Part shown: positions 9,466 through 18,720 of the stretch, one piece after another
Layout of the letters: every line of letters begins with the position of its first letter
Numbering within the stretch: position 1 is the first letter of the stretch
Source of the DNA: Opitutales bacterium
GTDB lineage: Bacteria; Verrucomicrobiota; Verrucomicrobiia; Opitutales; JABSRG01
NCBI GenBank assembly: GCA_049599475.1
Contig: JBMYOQ010000019.1
Coordinates: forward strand, 1-56,055
DNA: 56,055 bases
Direction of reading: 5' to 3'
Program-made: the position numbers and the translations under genes
Notes under the pieces: generated by a model
What the model saw: the letters and a program-made list of their open reading frames with translations, nothing else
Database searches by the model: none
What the model was told of the DNA's origin: nothing

Positions 9466-10725
9466 CTATCTGGTTTCGTTGCTGATGTCTCTCAACACCA
9501 TGTCGATTCTCTGCTCAAGGAGCTGGGAGCCGTTGTATTTGTTTAGCTTGAAATAATCAATGGAGAGTTGGGCGTTGTTTAGGCGATAGAAACTGTCCTT
9601 CTGCTTTTGAAGGTAGCGTTCAAGGGCGCGTAGGTTGGTGCGTCTTGAAGCATTCTTACTTCCTTGGTGTGAGCGCCTTTGGGGGATCAAGTAGTATCCG
9701 TCCTGGTAATACGTTGTAGTCGAATTGGGGCGCTGTTGCCGACGGTTATGATTTTTGAGAATGTCAGTAATTTCGCGGTCCCAGTCGCCCGGGATCTGCG
9801 TGTATTGATTTTGCCCTTTGGTAAGTACTTGGAAAGTCCAGAGGCCTTGGTAGAGCTTGTATTCTGCTTCTTCCAGAAGTTTGTATTGTTTGCTGTATTC
9901 GGCTGGGTCGACTTGCTTCCAGTCGTTAATCCTTGAGGGGCGTAGCGTAAATCGTCGAGCTTCAGCATAGCGGGTGTCCTCGGTGATTTCGTCGGGGTTT
10001 TCTTTGGCGGTGCGGACATAGGTGGCCATACCGACGACTTCTCCATCTTTATTGATAGCTGGCCCGCCGCTATTGCCCGGAACGAAATCGGTATCTACTT
10101 CCACCTCAAAAGGTCCGACGCCTTTCACGACTGCATTGGCGCTGGTGATCACTCCGGCGCCTTCGCTATTTCCCAAAACTTTAAGCACCTCATCGGCTCG
10201 AATTGCGTCACTGATAGGAAGTGCCTCGTCAACGTCGACACGGTAGCGGGCCATATCTTGGGTATTCGACACCTCGAGTGCTCCCAGGTCGATATAGTTT
10301 CCGCGGGAATCTAAAGCCCGCACGTTGAGCGTGTCTGAAATGACGTGCTGATTGGTGTACAAATAAGTTTTGCCCCGGTCGTAAGCGAAGAACCCGCTAC
10401 CTGAGGATTCTCCGGCTTTAATGATGACCACGCTATCGATCGGATTATCGGGTGTTTTGTGGTTGGGGGTCCAGGCCTCCAGATAATCTTGGTCGGGCCA
10501 AGACAAGTTCTTTAAAGGGATGTCAAACTCGCGCCCGTCGGCCATTTCCACAAGAACGCTCGTATCCGTAACATGTAGGATACGCACCTCGATAGATCGC
10601 CCCTGGTTGTCTGTCAGCTTTTTGAGAGCTTGCGCATGGGAAACTGCAGTTGCTGCCCAAAACGTGATGATAACGACAATTAGGCTGTTGAGAAACTTGG
10701 ATATGGTGAGTCTGTGAGGGTGCAT
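9466..10725 (-). CDS. Secreted trypsin-like (S1) serine protease with N-terminal SHD1-like domain
   Basis: Signal peptide; LTDNQGRSIEV...FDIPLKNLSWPDQDYL module; GSGFF, TNQHVI (His), DMARY (Asp), GNSGGP (Ser). Confidence 0.8.
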   Translation of the reverse strand: MHPHRLTISKFLNSLIVVIITFWAATAVSHAQALKKLTDNQGRSIEVRILHVTDTSVLVEMADGREFDIPLKNLSWPDQDYLEAWTPNHKTPDNPIDSVVIIKAGESSGSGFFAYDRGKTYLYTNQHVISDTLNVRALDSRGNYIDLGALEVSNTQDMARYRVDVDEALPISDAIRADEVLKVLGNSEGAGVITSANAVVKGVGPFEVEVDTDFVPGNSGGPAINKDGEVVGMATYVRTAKENPDEITEDTRYAEARRFTLRPSRINDWKQVDPAEYSKQYKLLEEAEYKLYQGLWTFQVLTKGQNQYTQIPGDWDREITDILKNHNRRQQRPNSTTTYYQDGYYLIPQRRSHQGSKNASRRTNLRALERYLQKQKDSFYRLNNAQLSIDYFKLNKYNGSQLLEQRIDMVLRDISNETR

Positions 10726-10943
10726 TTGGGTGGTTGGTTAAACTATACTCCCTTGTTTGGCTGATTGGTAAACATTACATTTGGTTGTGGGCTAAGTCCA
10801 GAAAGATGAAGCAGGTAAAACGCTGAGTATCGCGTTTAAAGGGGCGACGGTGTCTTGATATTTCGGATTCTGAGTGTAGGAATTGAGAAGGGTTCATGCC
10901 TTTCATGGATCTATTTTTTGAGCTATCAACTGGAGAGATTTTT

Positions 10944-11582
10944 ATGGAAATACCGTTTACGCTGACGATTGATGCTTGGGCAGATGGATCTGCAATCCCC
11001 GCCAAATATGCATTTGGCAAACCGGGAACGGACGGTCCGTTTGCGACGAGCGATAATGTGAGTCCGGCCCTGAGTTGGGCAAATGTACCCGAGGGCACAC
11101 GCTCGTTCGCCCTTGTTTGTCGCGATCCTGATGTGCCCTCATCGGGCGAAGATGTGAACCAAGAAGGTAAGACAGTGCCTGCCGACCTGCCGCGTGTGGA
11201 CTTCTTCCACTGGGTGTTGGTCGATATCCCGGCTACGGTTTCGTCGATCGAGGAAGGGGTCGGCGGTGCTGGAGTGGTCGGTGGAGGAAAGCCAATTGGC
11301 GCGACTCCGCTCGGAATTACTGGAAAAAATGACTACACTGGCTGGTTTGCAGGTGATCCTGATATGGGAGGTGTCTATGGCGGCTACGATGGCCCCTGTC
11401 CTCCATGGAATGACAGCATCGTGCACCACTATCATTTTGAGCTCTATGCGCTCGATGTGGAATCGCTTGGGCTCTCCGGAGAGTTTGGTGGAGCCGAGAT
11501 GCTAAGCGCGTTGAAAGACCATGTTCTCGCCAAAGCGACCTACATGGGCACCTATTCGATGAATCCGAGTGTGCCTGCCTAG
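10944..11582 (+). CDS. YbhB/YbcL (PEBP/RKIP-like) protein
   Basis: NVSPALSW, RSFALVCRDPDVP, FFHWVLVDIP, GYDGPCPPWND, HHYHFELYALDV. Confidence 0.92.
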   Translation: MEIPFTLTIDAWADGSAIPAKYAFGKPGTDGPFATSDNVSPALSWANVPEGTRSFALVCRDPDVPSSGEDVNQEGKTVPADLPRVDFFHWVLVDIPATVSSIEEGVGGAGVVGGGKPIGATPLGITGKNDYTGWFAGDPDMGGVYGGYDGPCPPWNDSIVHHYHFELYALDVESLGLSGEFGGAEMLSALKDHVLAKATYMGTYSMNPSVPA

Positions 11583-11725
11583 GCGCCTTATTCTTGTGGC
11601 CCGGCGCGGCGAATGGTTCTGGAAAATAGTAAGCTCTGCGGCCCTGGATCTATTGAAAGGATGCGGGCATTTTGATCTGAGCACAAATCGCTTGAGTATC
11701 AGATGTTTCATGAGAATCTGGATCT

Positions 11726-12478
11726 ATGCCACGGTGCGTTGCTTTTGACCCAAAACTGTCTGCAGACGACACGTCGATTACATTGAACAAGGCTGAGAGC
11801 CACCACATCGCGCGGGTGCTACGGGCGCGCGTGGGTCAGCGGGTCAAAGTATTGAATGGTCGGGGTGTACTCGCTGAGACTGAGCTTGTGACTGCAAACC
11901 CAAGCGCTTGTGAACTCGCCGTGAAGGAAGTCACGGTTTCTCCGCCGGCGCCGTATGGGCTCACCTTGGCACCCGCCGTGATCAAAGGCAAAAGCATGGA
12001 TAATCTGATTCGCATGGCGACGGAGCTAGGCGTGAGTGCGATTCAGCCCATATACACTCAGCATGGTGATGTCCCACTCAGCGCCTTCGATTCCGGCTCG
12101 AAACTCGACAAGTGGCGGACCGTTGCGATTGAAGCGAGCAAGCAGTGTGAAAACCCCTGGGTACCTGAGATTCGGTCTGGGTTAAATCTGACAGCTTGGA
12201 TCCAGCAGCTGGGTTCCGAGGAGTCTTTGATTTACGGGTCTCTCGAGGACGGGGCTCGGGATTTCCGCGGCTGGCGTGCGACTTTTGAAGAATCGAAAAA
12301 TTCTGGTAAATCTTTCGCGCTAACCATTGGGCCCGAAGGCGATTTTACCCCAGATGAATATGCATTGATGCGGGAACATGGGGGATTTGCAGTTTTCTTG
12401 GGAAGATGCATCTTACGGTCCGAGACGGCGACGCCTGCGCTACTGGCTGGACTGATCGCTACATTACCGTCTACATGA
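11726..12478 (+). CDS. rsmE: 16S rRNA m3U1498 methyltransferase
   Basis: HHIARVLRAR, ATELGV, EASKQC, IGPEGDF, LGRCILRSETA. Confidence 0.93.
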   Translation: MPRCVAFDPKLSADDTSITLNKAESHHIARVLRARVGQRVKVLNGRGVLAETELVTANPSACELAVKEVTVSPPAPYGLTLAPAVIKGKSMDNLIRMATELGVSAIQPIYTQHGDVPLSAFDSGSKLDKWRTVAIEASKQCENPWVPEIRSGLNLTAWIQQLGSEESLIYGSLEDGARDFRGWRATFEESKNSGKSFALTIGPEGDFTPDEYALMREHGGFAVFLGRCILRSETATPALLAGLIATLPST

Positions 12479-12491
12479 CTTTTAAAAACTA

Positions 12492-13331
12492 ATGGCAAAT
12501 TGGATAGACAAGCTAGAGCGCCGTATTGGAGGCCTGGCAGTACCGAATCTCACATTCACTCTTTTGATGGCGCAAGTGGCCACGGTTGGGCTGTCACTGA
12601 TGGGACAAATTTCACCGATGGATATGGTGCTGAATGTCCTACTGGTGTTTGATGGGGAATGGTGGCGATTGGTGACCTTCATGGTTCTTCCGCGGATCAC
12701 GCCTGAAACGGTCAGTCCCTTGAGTATCATTTTTACGGGTTTTGCACTCTACATTTTTTATCTGATGGGCACTACGCTCGAGGCGCTTTGGAAGCATTTT
12801 AAGTTCAACCTCTTTGTGTTCCTGGGTTGGTTATTCACTGTGTTGGCTGCCTGCATAGTCCCTTCAGGATTCATGACCAACACATTCCTGATCTCCGCGT
12901 TGTTTCTAGCTTTCGCTCGCTACAACGGGGAAATGCAGTTCCTGATATTTTTCGTAATCCCAGTAAAGGTGAAGTGGTTGGCTTGGTTCACATGGGGACT
13001 TTTTGCACTCACGCTGATCATTGGTCCAATCAGCCAAAAGCTCGAGGTGCTCGCCGCGATAGCGCCCTTGGTTCTTTTCTTCGGCAAAGATCTTTTCGGA
13101 GAGGTAAAGGCTCAGGTCCGTTCCAATCAGTGGAAGAAGAAACGTGCGGCCGAGGCTGCCGAACCCATGCATACCTGCACCGTCTGTGGGCGGACTGATA
13201 TTTCTAACCCTGAATTAGCCTTTCGCTACGACGATGGGTACGCCTTTTGCGAGGATCATATCCACATGTCGGAAGAATATATTTCGATGAAAGATAAAAC
13301 TCCCGAAGAAGATATCGAAACACCTAAGTGA
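12492..13331 (+). CDS. Rhomboid/Derlin-like polytopic membrane protein with C-terminal Cys/His zinc-ribbon-like motif
   Basis: GEWWRLVTF (WR motif), GTTLEALW, FFVIPVKVKWL, multiple TM helices, CTVC...FCEDH tail; no catalytic GxSG or His recognised. Confidence 0.7.
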   Translation: MANWIDKLERRIGGLAVPNLTFTLLMAQVATVGLSLMGQISPMDMVLNVLLVFDGEWWRLVTFMVLPRITPETVSPLSIIFTGFALYIFYLMGTTLEALWKHFKFNLFVFLGWLFTVLAACIVPSGFMTNTFLISALFLAFARYNGEMQFLIFFVIPVKVKWLAWFTWGLFALTLIIGPISQKLEVLAAIAPLVLFFGKDLFGEVKAQVRSNQWKKKRAAEAAEPMHTCTVCGRTDISNPELAFRYDDGYAFCEDHIHMSEEYISMKDKTPEEDIETPK

Positions 13332-14182
13332 TGGATACAGATAGCCCCTTATTGACGATTGAAGACCTGCGCATCCGATTCCGCGATCGGGATCGTGTGA
13401 ACGAAGCAGTCAAGGGTATTAACTTCGAGTTACAAAAGGGGGAGACGCTGGCCGTGGTCGGGGAGAGTGGATCTGGAAAGAGTGTCTCAGCGATGTCTAT
13501 TACCAAATTGCTCCCAGCTCCTCCAGCCTGCGAGATCACGGGGAAGATCGAATTCGAAGGGCGCAATATGCTCGAATTGAGCAAGAATGATCTACGCTCA
13601 ATTCGAGGGAAGGATATTGCTTATATATTTCAAGAGCCCTCGAGTTCGCTCAACCCTTACATGCGTGTAAGTGACCAGATTGGCGAGGCCATCAAGCTGC
13701 ACCGCCCCGACGTGAAAGATGTGCGGGGTAAGATTATTGAGACGCTCGACTTGGTAGGTATTCGTGATGCCGCGAAACGCTATCGAGACTACCCGCACCA
13801 GATGAGTGGAGGGATGAAGCAGCGTGTAATGATTGCGATGGCTTTAGTATGTGAGCCCAAGATCTTGATCGCGGACGAGCCGACTACGGCGTTGGATGTA
13901 ACCATTCAGGCGCAGATCTTGGATCTCATGGCAGAGCTCAAAAGCCGTCTCGATATGTCTATTATTCTCATTACCCACAATTTCGGAATTGTGGATGGCT
14001 TCGCTGACCGCCTCGTCGTGATGTTCCGTGGCAATATTGTAGAATTTGGAAAAACTGAAGAAGTGCTTCAGAATCCTCAACACCCCTACACGAAAGCCTT
14101 GATCGACTGTATCCCTAAGCTGGGTACAAAACAAGAGCGCCTCGCGACCATTGATCACGCTGCGCTCGTAGAGATTACCTAG
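13331..14182 (+). CDS. Oligopeptide/dipeptide ABC transporter ATP-binding subunit (DppD/OppD-like)
   Basis: Walker [50 protein letters not shown] stop/start overlap with the upstream gene. Confidence 0.93.
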   Translation: MDTDSPLLTIEDLRIRFRDRDRVNEAVKGINFELQKGETLAVVGESGSGKSVSAMSITKLLPAPPACEITGKIEFEGRNMLELSKNDLRSIRGKDIAYIFQEPSSSLNPYMRVSDQIGEAIKLHRPDVKDVRGKIIETLDLVGIRDAAKRYRDYPHQMSGGMKQRVMIAMALVCEPKILIADEPTTALDVTIQAQILDLMAELKSRLDMSIILITHNFGIVDGFADRLVVMFRGNIVEFGKTEEVLQNPQHPYTKALIDCIPKLGTKQERLATIDHAALVEIT

Positions 14183-14208
14183 TCGAATTGAGGACCGGAA
14201 AAATTTGC

Positions 14209-14751
14209 TTAGGCGACTTCCGGTTCTTCTTCTGCGGCTCCCGCTTCTCCGCGGGAGTATTTGTATCCCGAATACAGAGCTAGTCCGTAAAATAGAAGAT
14301 CCATTGGTGATGCCGTATCCATCATGATTTCAGGGAGGTAGGCGTAGTCTACCGAAGTGAGAGCCTCCATGATGCCGAGCTCGTACTCTTGTGCGATGAA
14401 ACCTACGATTGTGAATACGTTGCCGAGGACGCATCCGAGTAGTGCGAATACGGCTCCGATCACTCCGAAGGTAGGGGTATTGCCCTTACCCCACATTCTG
14501 ACTATGTAGGCGACGAGGAACCCTACGCCTATCGCGACCCACCCGATTTGGTAACCGGTGACGACTGAAATCGTTGCCCAGATAATTCCGGCTACGATGG
14601 AAGAAAGCACGCCGCCGATGATGCCAGCAATTACATTGCCGTGCACCTCCGTGACTACGCTTGTGGCACCCGGCGAATAAGTCGTGGGTGTTGTATTGGA
14701 TTCTTCAGCAGCAGATGACTCCGAGGAGTCTTTAGTTAGATCAACGCTCAT
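14209..14751 (-). CDS. Hypothetical membrane protein (about 4 TM helices)
   Basis: Gly-rich hydrophobic segments GIIGGVLSSIVAGIIW, GWVAIGVGFLV, GAVFALLGCVLG, DLLFYGLALYSGY. Confidence 0.75.
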   Translation of the reverse strand: MSVDLTKDSSESSAAEESNTTPTTYSPGATSVVTEVHGNVIAGIIGGVLSSIVAGIIWATISVVTGYQIGWVAIGVGFLVAYIVRMWGKGNTPTFGVIGAVFALLGCVLGNVFTIVGFIAQEYELGIMEALTSVDYAYLPEIMMDTASPMDLLFYGLALYSGYKYSRGEAGAAEEEPEVA

Positions 14752-14800
14752 TTTATTTTTTTTGGTTAACTTGGTTTCAGGAAAGGATGGGGGTGTTAGA

Positions 14801-16120
14801 TCATTTTACCCCAATAGCTTCAATCTCTATTACCGCGCTTCCGGGGATACTTTTTACGGGGAAGGCGGTGCGGATTGGTTTTTCGGGATTTACCGAAGGT
14901 GCATTGAAGAAGCGCTTGTATGCGGTATTCCAATTCCCGAAATCGGTACGGAATCCATTTTCGATCTGAAGGTAGGCTCTTAGCTGTACGATATTTTCAA
15001 AGCTAACGCCTGCAGTTGCCATGCGCTCTTGTATATTTAAGAGGGACTCCACTGCTTGGCCGTGAATGTTATCGCGGTCTTGGTCGATCACTCCGGCAAA
15101 CCAAACCATACTGGCATCACGGGCGATAATTGCGCTGCGATTCAGAAAGCTAGTAGGGGACCCTTCACGGCGGAACAGTGGACTTGCTTCAGGATCGTCC
15201 AGAGTGGAAAACTGTGCGGTAGCGCCGTCTGGAAAGGCTGCGTAGAATTCTATTTCGACGAGGCGTCCGGATGTGTTGAAGCCGGGTGCGGCTAAAACGG
15301 CTGTGGGCGGAACCGGAAGGTATTGTTCTTCCCAAAATTCTACGTAGGCCTCTTGGTATCCTGCAACGTCTACCTCTGGCATGTCCTCGGAATCCTCGGG
15401 AAGGGGAGGGGATAGTAGGGAGCGGATGTAGACGACATCGGTCGCACTCAGGCCCCAGCTATTGAGGGCTGCCTCTAATTTTTCGAGGGCATTTGTGGTC
15501 TGGCGTGCCATCGAGCCCATAGAGCCGTCGGCTTGCGCGCTAGCCAAAATTCCGGAGGTCAGGGCCATCGCGCTGAAGGGCTTTACGTAGCTGAGCTTGG
15601 AATCCTCTTTGGGGAGCAGAATGCGAGGATTTGCCGGGTGCTCGGACATAGATTCAGAAATATCTGTATCGATCGCGAGAACGGCTTCGACGGCGATCAG
15701 GGCCTCGGGATCTTCAAGGGTGGTTACGCCGAATGTTGTGCGCGTGGGCGGCACAGTGTTTTCCGCGAATGCTGGGGTGAATGCCTTATTCCACTCGGCC
15801 ATCGCAGTGGCATTCTCCTCGGGGTCGGTGCCTGATACTTTCAGGTATCCCCGGACGTTGATGACGTCTGTAAGGTCGAGCCCGATTTCGACTAAATCTT
15901 TCTCCATGGCTGCAAGGGCTCCCATGGCCTGGATCTCTCGAGAGCTTCCGGCAGCCGTGTAAGTGCCAGTAAACACTTTCCCCAGATTAGGAGTGACGGT
16001 CGCAGACGCTGAGTAAGGGGGCCCCTCCAAGGGCTCGATGTGAGCACTTTGCCCGAATAGGCTGAGTGCGGAAAAAAGACAAAGAACGAAGGTCGATACG
16101 GACTGGTTGTGAGTGGGCAT
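14801..16120 (-). CDS. Exported protein composed of three tandem Rid (YjgF/UK114) domains
   Basis: Signal-like N-terminus (FVLCLFSALSLFG); three repeats of GLxxxDVxxxRxYL...WNxAF/Y...PxRT...IEIExxA (GLDLTDVINVRGYL, GLSATDVVYIRSLL, GVSFENIVQLRAYL). Confidence 0.8.
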   Translation of the reverse strand: MPTHNQSVSTFVLCLFSALSLFGQSAHIEPLEGPPYSASATVTPNLGKVFTGTYTAAGSSREIQAMGALAAMEKDLVEIGLDLTDVINVRGYLKVSGTDPEENATAMAEWNKAFTPAFAENTVPPTRTTFGVTTLEDPEALIAVEAVLAIDTDISESMSEHPANPRILLPKEDSKLSYVKPFSAMALTSGILASAQADGSMGSMARQTTNALEKLEAALNSWGLSATDVVYIRSLLSPPLPEDSEDMPEVDVAGYQEAYVEFWEEQYLPVPPTAVLAAPGFNTSGRLVEIEFYAAFPDGATAQFSTLDDPEASPLFRREGSPTSFLNRSAIIARDASMVWFAGVIDQDRDNIHGQAVESLLNIQERMATAGVSFENIVQLRAYLQIENGFRTDFGNWNTAYKRFFNAPSVNPEKPIRTAFPVKSIPGSAVIEIEAIGVK

Positions 16121-16348
16121 ACCAGTATTCAGCACGATCTGTGCATTATTCTAACTTAAATACCGAGAGTCGGCTGAGTGGCCTTTTGCTAATAATTTTC
16201 GAATCCATCTCTCGGATATAAATCTAGTTTTGAGTCAACCGTAAGGGAGGTGCTGCCAATGAGTTCGACGTTTTTCAGAGCGCTATGTGAAACCCGTGTG
16301 CCTTTCTCCAAAAGGGCCAAATTATCATCGCGGGATGGATCCAGGGGA

Positions 16349-16738
16349 ATGCCTGGAGGCGAGGCGGTCTCTCGAATTCTCATCATCGGAGGGCATCCAC
16401 GGCAGATCCAAGATATCAGCTCTATTGCGCGCTCGATGATGGGCGGGGCTGAAGTAGAATCGACGGACTCTTTAATGGCTGCTTATGAGCGGCTTGTCCG
16501 TGGAGGGAAGTTCGATTGGGCTATCGCCGCGATTCGCCCGTTTGATCCGGGCTACGTTTCTACTTTGTGCAAATTGCACATGCGAGCGATGAGCCGTTGT
16601 GATGTGCGCTGGATGGCGCTCTGGCCTGGTCTGCGTCCACTGCAGAGTGAGCTAGATGCCTGGGACGTGCACCTAAGCTACCCAGCGTCTGTCGGGCAGA
16701 TCCACCGCGCCTTGCTCGAGGAAAAAGTAGAGGCCTAA
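16349..16738 (+). CDS. Hypothetical protein, degenerate receiver (CheY-like) fold
   Basis: SRILIIGGH, STDSLMAAYERL..GKFDWAIAA and HLSYPASVGQI patterns resemble a REC domain without the acidic pocket, phospho-Asp or Lys; AGGGGA precedes ATG 16349. Confidence 0.5.
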   Translation: MPGGEAVSRILIIGGHPRQIQDISSIARSMMGGAEVESTDSLMAAYERLVRGGKFDWAIAAIRPFDPGYVSTLCKLHMRAMSRCDVRWMALWPGLRPLQSELDAWDVHLSYPASVGQIHRALLEEKVEA

Positions 16739-16833
16739 CCGAGTTTTAGAGCAAACTGAATGGGCTCCGCCGGGATGAAACGACACTCGCGAGTCATGCC
16801 GTTTTAGGTCTCAGACTGCAGCTCTGGATTGTT

Positions 16834-18465
16834 CTAAGATTCTGTTTTCTCAGACTCGTCTTCAGGCGCCTTTTTAGCCGGAGCACGCTTCTTTTTCGCG
16901 GCGACCTTCTTCTTTGCCGGGGTCTTCTTTTTGGCTGCTTTTTTCTTGGGGGCTGCTCGTTTTTTAGCGGCAGGCTTCTCCTCTGAGAGTTCTGAATTCT
17001 CGACTTTAGGCTCCTGCTCGGACTCAGTGACCTTTTTAGCCGGAGCGCGCTTCTTTTTTGGAGCGGCCTTTTTGCGTGGTGCTTTCTTCGGCGCTGCTTG
17101 CTGCTTTTCGGGCTCTTCGCTTTTAGTCGGTTCAGCAGCGCTTGCCGAATCTGTGGAAGACTCGGTGTCCTCTGAGCTGGATTTCGCGGCTGCGATCGCG
17201 GCCGCGTGTCCTTTAAGTGCCGGATCTACAGAAGGTTTTTCTTCGGAGGGTGGCGTGTCTTGAGTTGTCTCAGAGGATCCGTCCTGGTCTTTCTTTTCAC
17301 GAGCCTCGGCCCGTTCCTTAGCCTTGCGTTCCTTCCATTTGCGTCGGCGCTCACGGTTGCGGAGGGTTTTGGCGCTTACCGGTTTGTCTTCTGAGTCGCC
17401 CTTATCCTCTTTTTCTTTTTTGGGCTTAGGCTCGCGCTGCTTCTTAGGCTTTCTGCGATTGTCTTTCTCGCGGTGTTCTTCGCGGGAGACATTTTCGGAA
17501 GCCTCCGGCTCATCGCCTTCGAAGTCCTCGTCTTCCGGATCGTCATTGGAAACTCCGGAAATGCGGCGTTCAAATTCTTCTTCGGCCTCCTCGTCGTAGG
17601 AGTCGATTACGTCCGCGTAGGTGACGGGGCGATCTTTGACGTCCACTGGGGTCGTCGGCTTCGCTGTTGGGATAAGTTCTTGCCCAGGGGCCGCCTTTTC
17701 TGGAGGAGGGAGCGTGATCGCAGAATATCCGCTTGGTTTTACGAGTGTCCTTGCAAGTGGTGCGGCATCGCGCGGGGTGCGCGGTCGGATGTGGATCTCA
17801 GTCGCGAAATTGCCTTCGCGGCCGGTAACCAGCTCTTCGATGACGTCCGCGACAGACTCGGGATCGAGGCGTGATTGCGAATCCATACCGACTTTGACTT
17901 CTTCTGTGCTGGTGCCGGCGAGTTCGCTTTTTGAAGATCCAAGGAAATAAGGGTATACGTGAGTGATGCGTAGCCCGGTGTGATGGCGCTCAGACTGCAG
18001 AGCATTGAGGGCTGCCTTTAAGGGCTCTTGTGCTGCCAGGACGGATACGGATGGTGCAGTTCCGGCGGGAACTGAAGGCACGATGTGGACGAAATTGCCG
18101 TGACTTTGGGAAAGGTCGTTCAGCGTTAGGCGTGCGGCAATTATTGGAAGATTGAGATGCAGGCGAAGAACTGCTTCGAGCTCGCCCACAGGTATATGAT
18201 CGAATTCAGATTGGCTGGGAAGGTAATGGATGGCATTTACCACCAGGCTAAACACACCTCCCGCATCGTGAATGTCGTCGATTTGTTTGGCGACGGCCGC
18301 TGTATCGGTGAGGTCGATCGGCAGCTTTACGAAATCTGGGTGCTCCCAGGGGTTATTGTCGAAGTCGCGAGCTAGAGCAAATACGCGAAAGCCGCGGCTG
18401 GTGAGTCGTCTGCAGATAGCTTGTCCGAAACGAGTGTCAGCGCCTAAAACGAGGGCGTGGTCCAT
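16834..18465 (-). CDS. Atypical SDR-fold protein fused to an acidic region and a Lys/Ala/Pro-rich histone-H1-like tail
   Basis: HALVLGADTRFGQAICRRL, IDLTD, LVVNA, LDPESVADVI, TEIHIRP in the first ~230 aa; then Asp/Glu-rich and PAKK/KKAA-rich low-complexity segments. Confidence 0.75.
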   Translation of the reverse strand: MDHALVLGADTRFGQAICRRLTSRGFRVFALARDFDNNPWEHPDFVKLPIDLTDTAAVAKQIDDIHDAGGVFSLVVNAIHYLPSQSEFDHIPVGELEAVLRLHLNLPIIAARLTLNDLSQSHGNFVHIVPSVPAGTAPSVSVLAAQEPLKAALNALQSERHHTGLRITHVYPYFLGSSKSELAGTSTEEVKVGMDSQSRLDPESVADVIEELVTGREGNFATEIHIRPRTPRDAAPLARTLVKPSGYSAITLPPPEKAAPGQELIPTAKPTTPVDVKDRPVTYADVIDSYDEEAEEEFERRISGVSNDDPEDEDFEGDEPEASENVSREEHREKDNRRKPKKQREPKPKKEKEDKGDSEDKPVSAKTLRNRERRRKWKERKAKERAEAREKKDQDGSSETTQDTPPSEEKPSVDPALKGHAAAIAAAKSSSEDTESSTDSASAAEPTKSEEPEKQQAAPKKAPRKKAAPKKKRAPAKKVTESEQEPKVENSELSEEKPAAKKRAAPKKKAAKKKTPAKKKVAAKKKRAPAKKAPEDESEKTES

Positions 18466-18720
18466 ATGAATTTTGGGAAAGTGTCTAATTTATTAACTGC
18501 AGAACGTTGGCCTAGTGCCTCCTCGAAAGGGGCGTAGGGTGCTTTCACAACGTCGCAGATAAAGTGTTGAATAAAAAGCGAGACTGTGGGCGGGACTCCA
18601 GTGAAGTAAAGTCCGTATTGTCCGCTGTCTTGGGAATCCCCAAGATGTTTCATACTTGTTTCATGCATGCAAAGCTTATCGAAGTGCGCTGTAGGCTTGA
18701 ATGGCTGCACCTGGATGCAC

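Noticed and set aside
16131..16146. TGCAC-N5-GTGCT upstream of the first triple-Rid gene, as a possible NtrC site or sigma54 promoter
   Set aside because: Spacing does not fit the NtrC consensus (N7) and the invariant -24 GG is TG.
16743..16810. GTTTTAGAGC...TGAATGG resembling the start of a type II-A CRISPR repeat, with a second GTTTTAG at 16801
   Set aside because: Only 7 bp are shared between the two copies; there is no array periodicity and no cas gene. Treated as chance.
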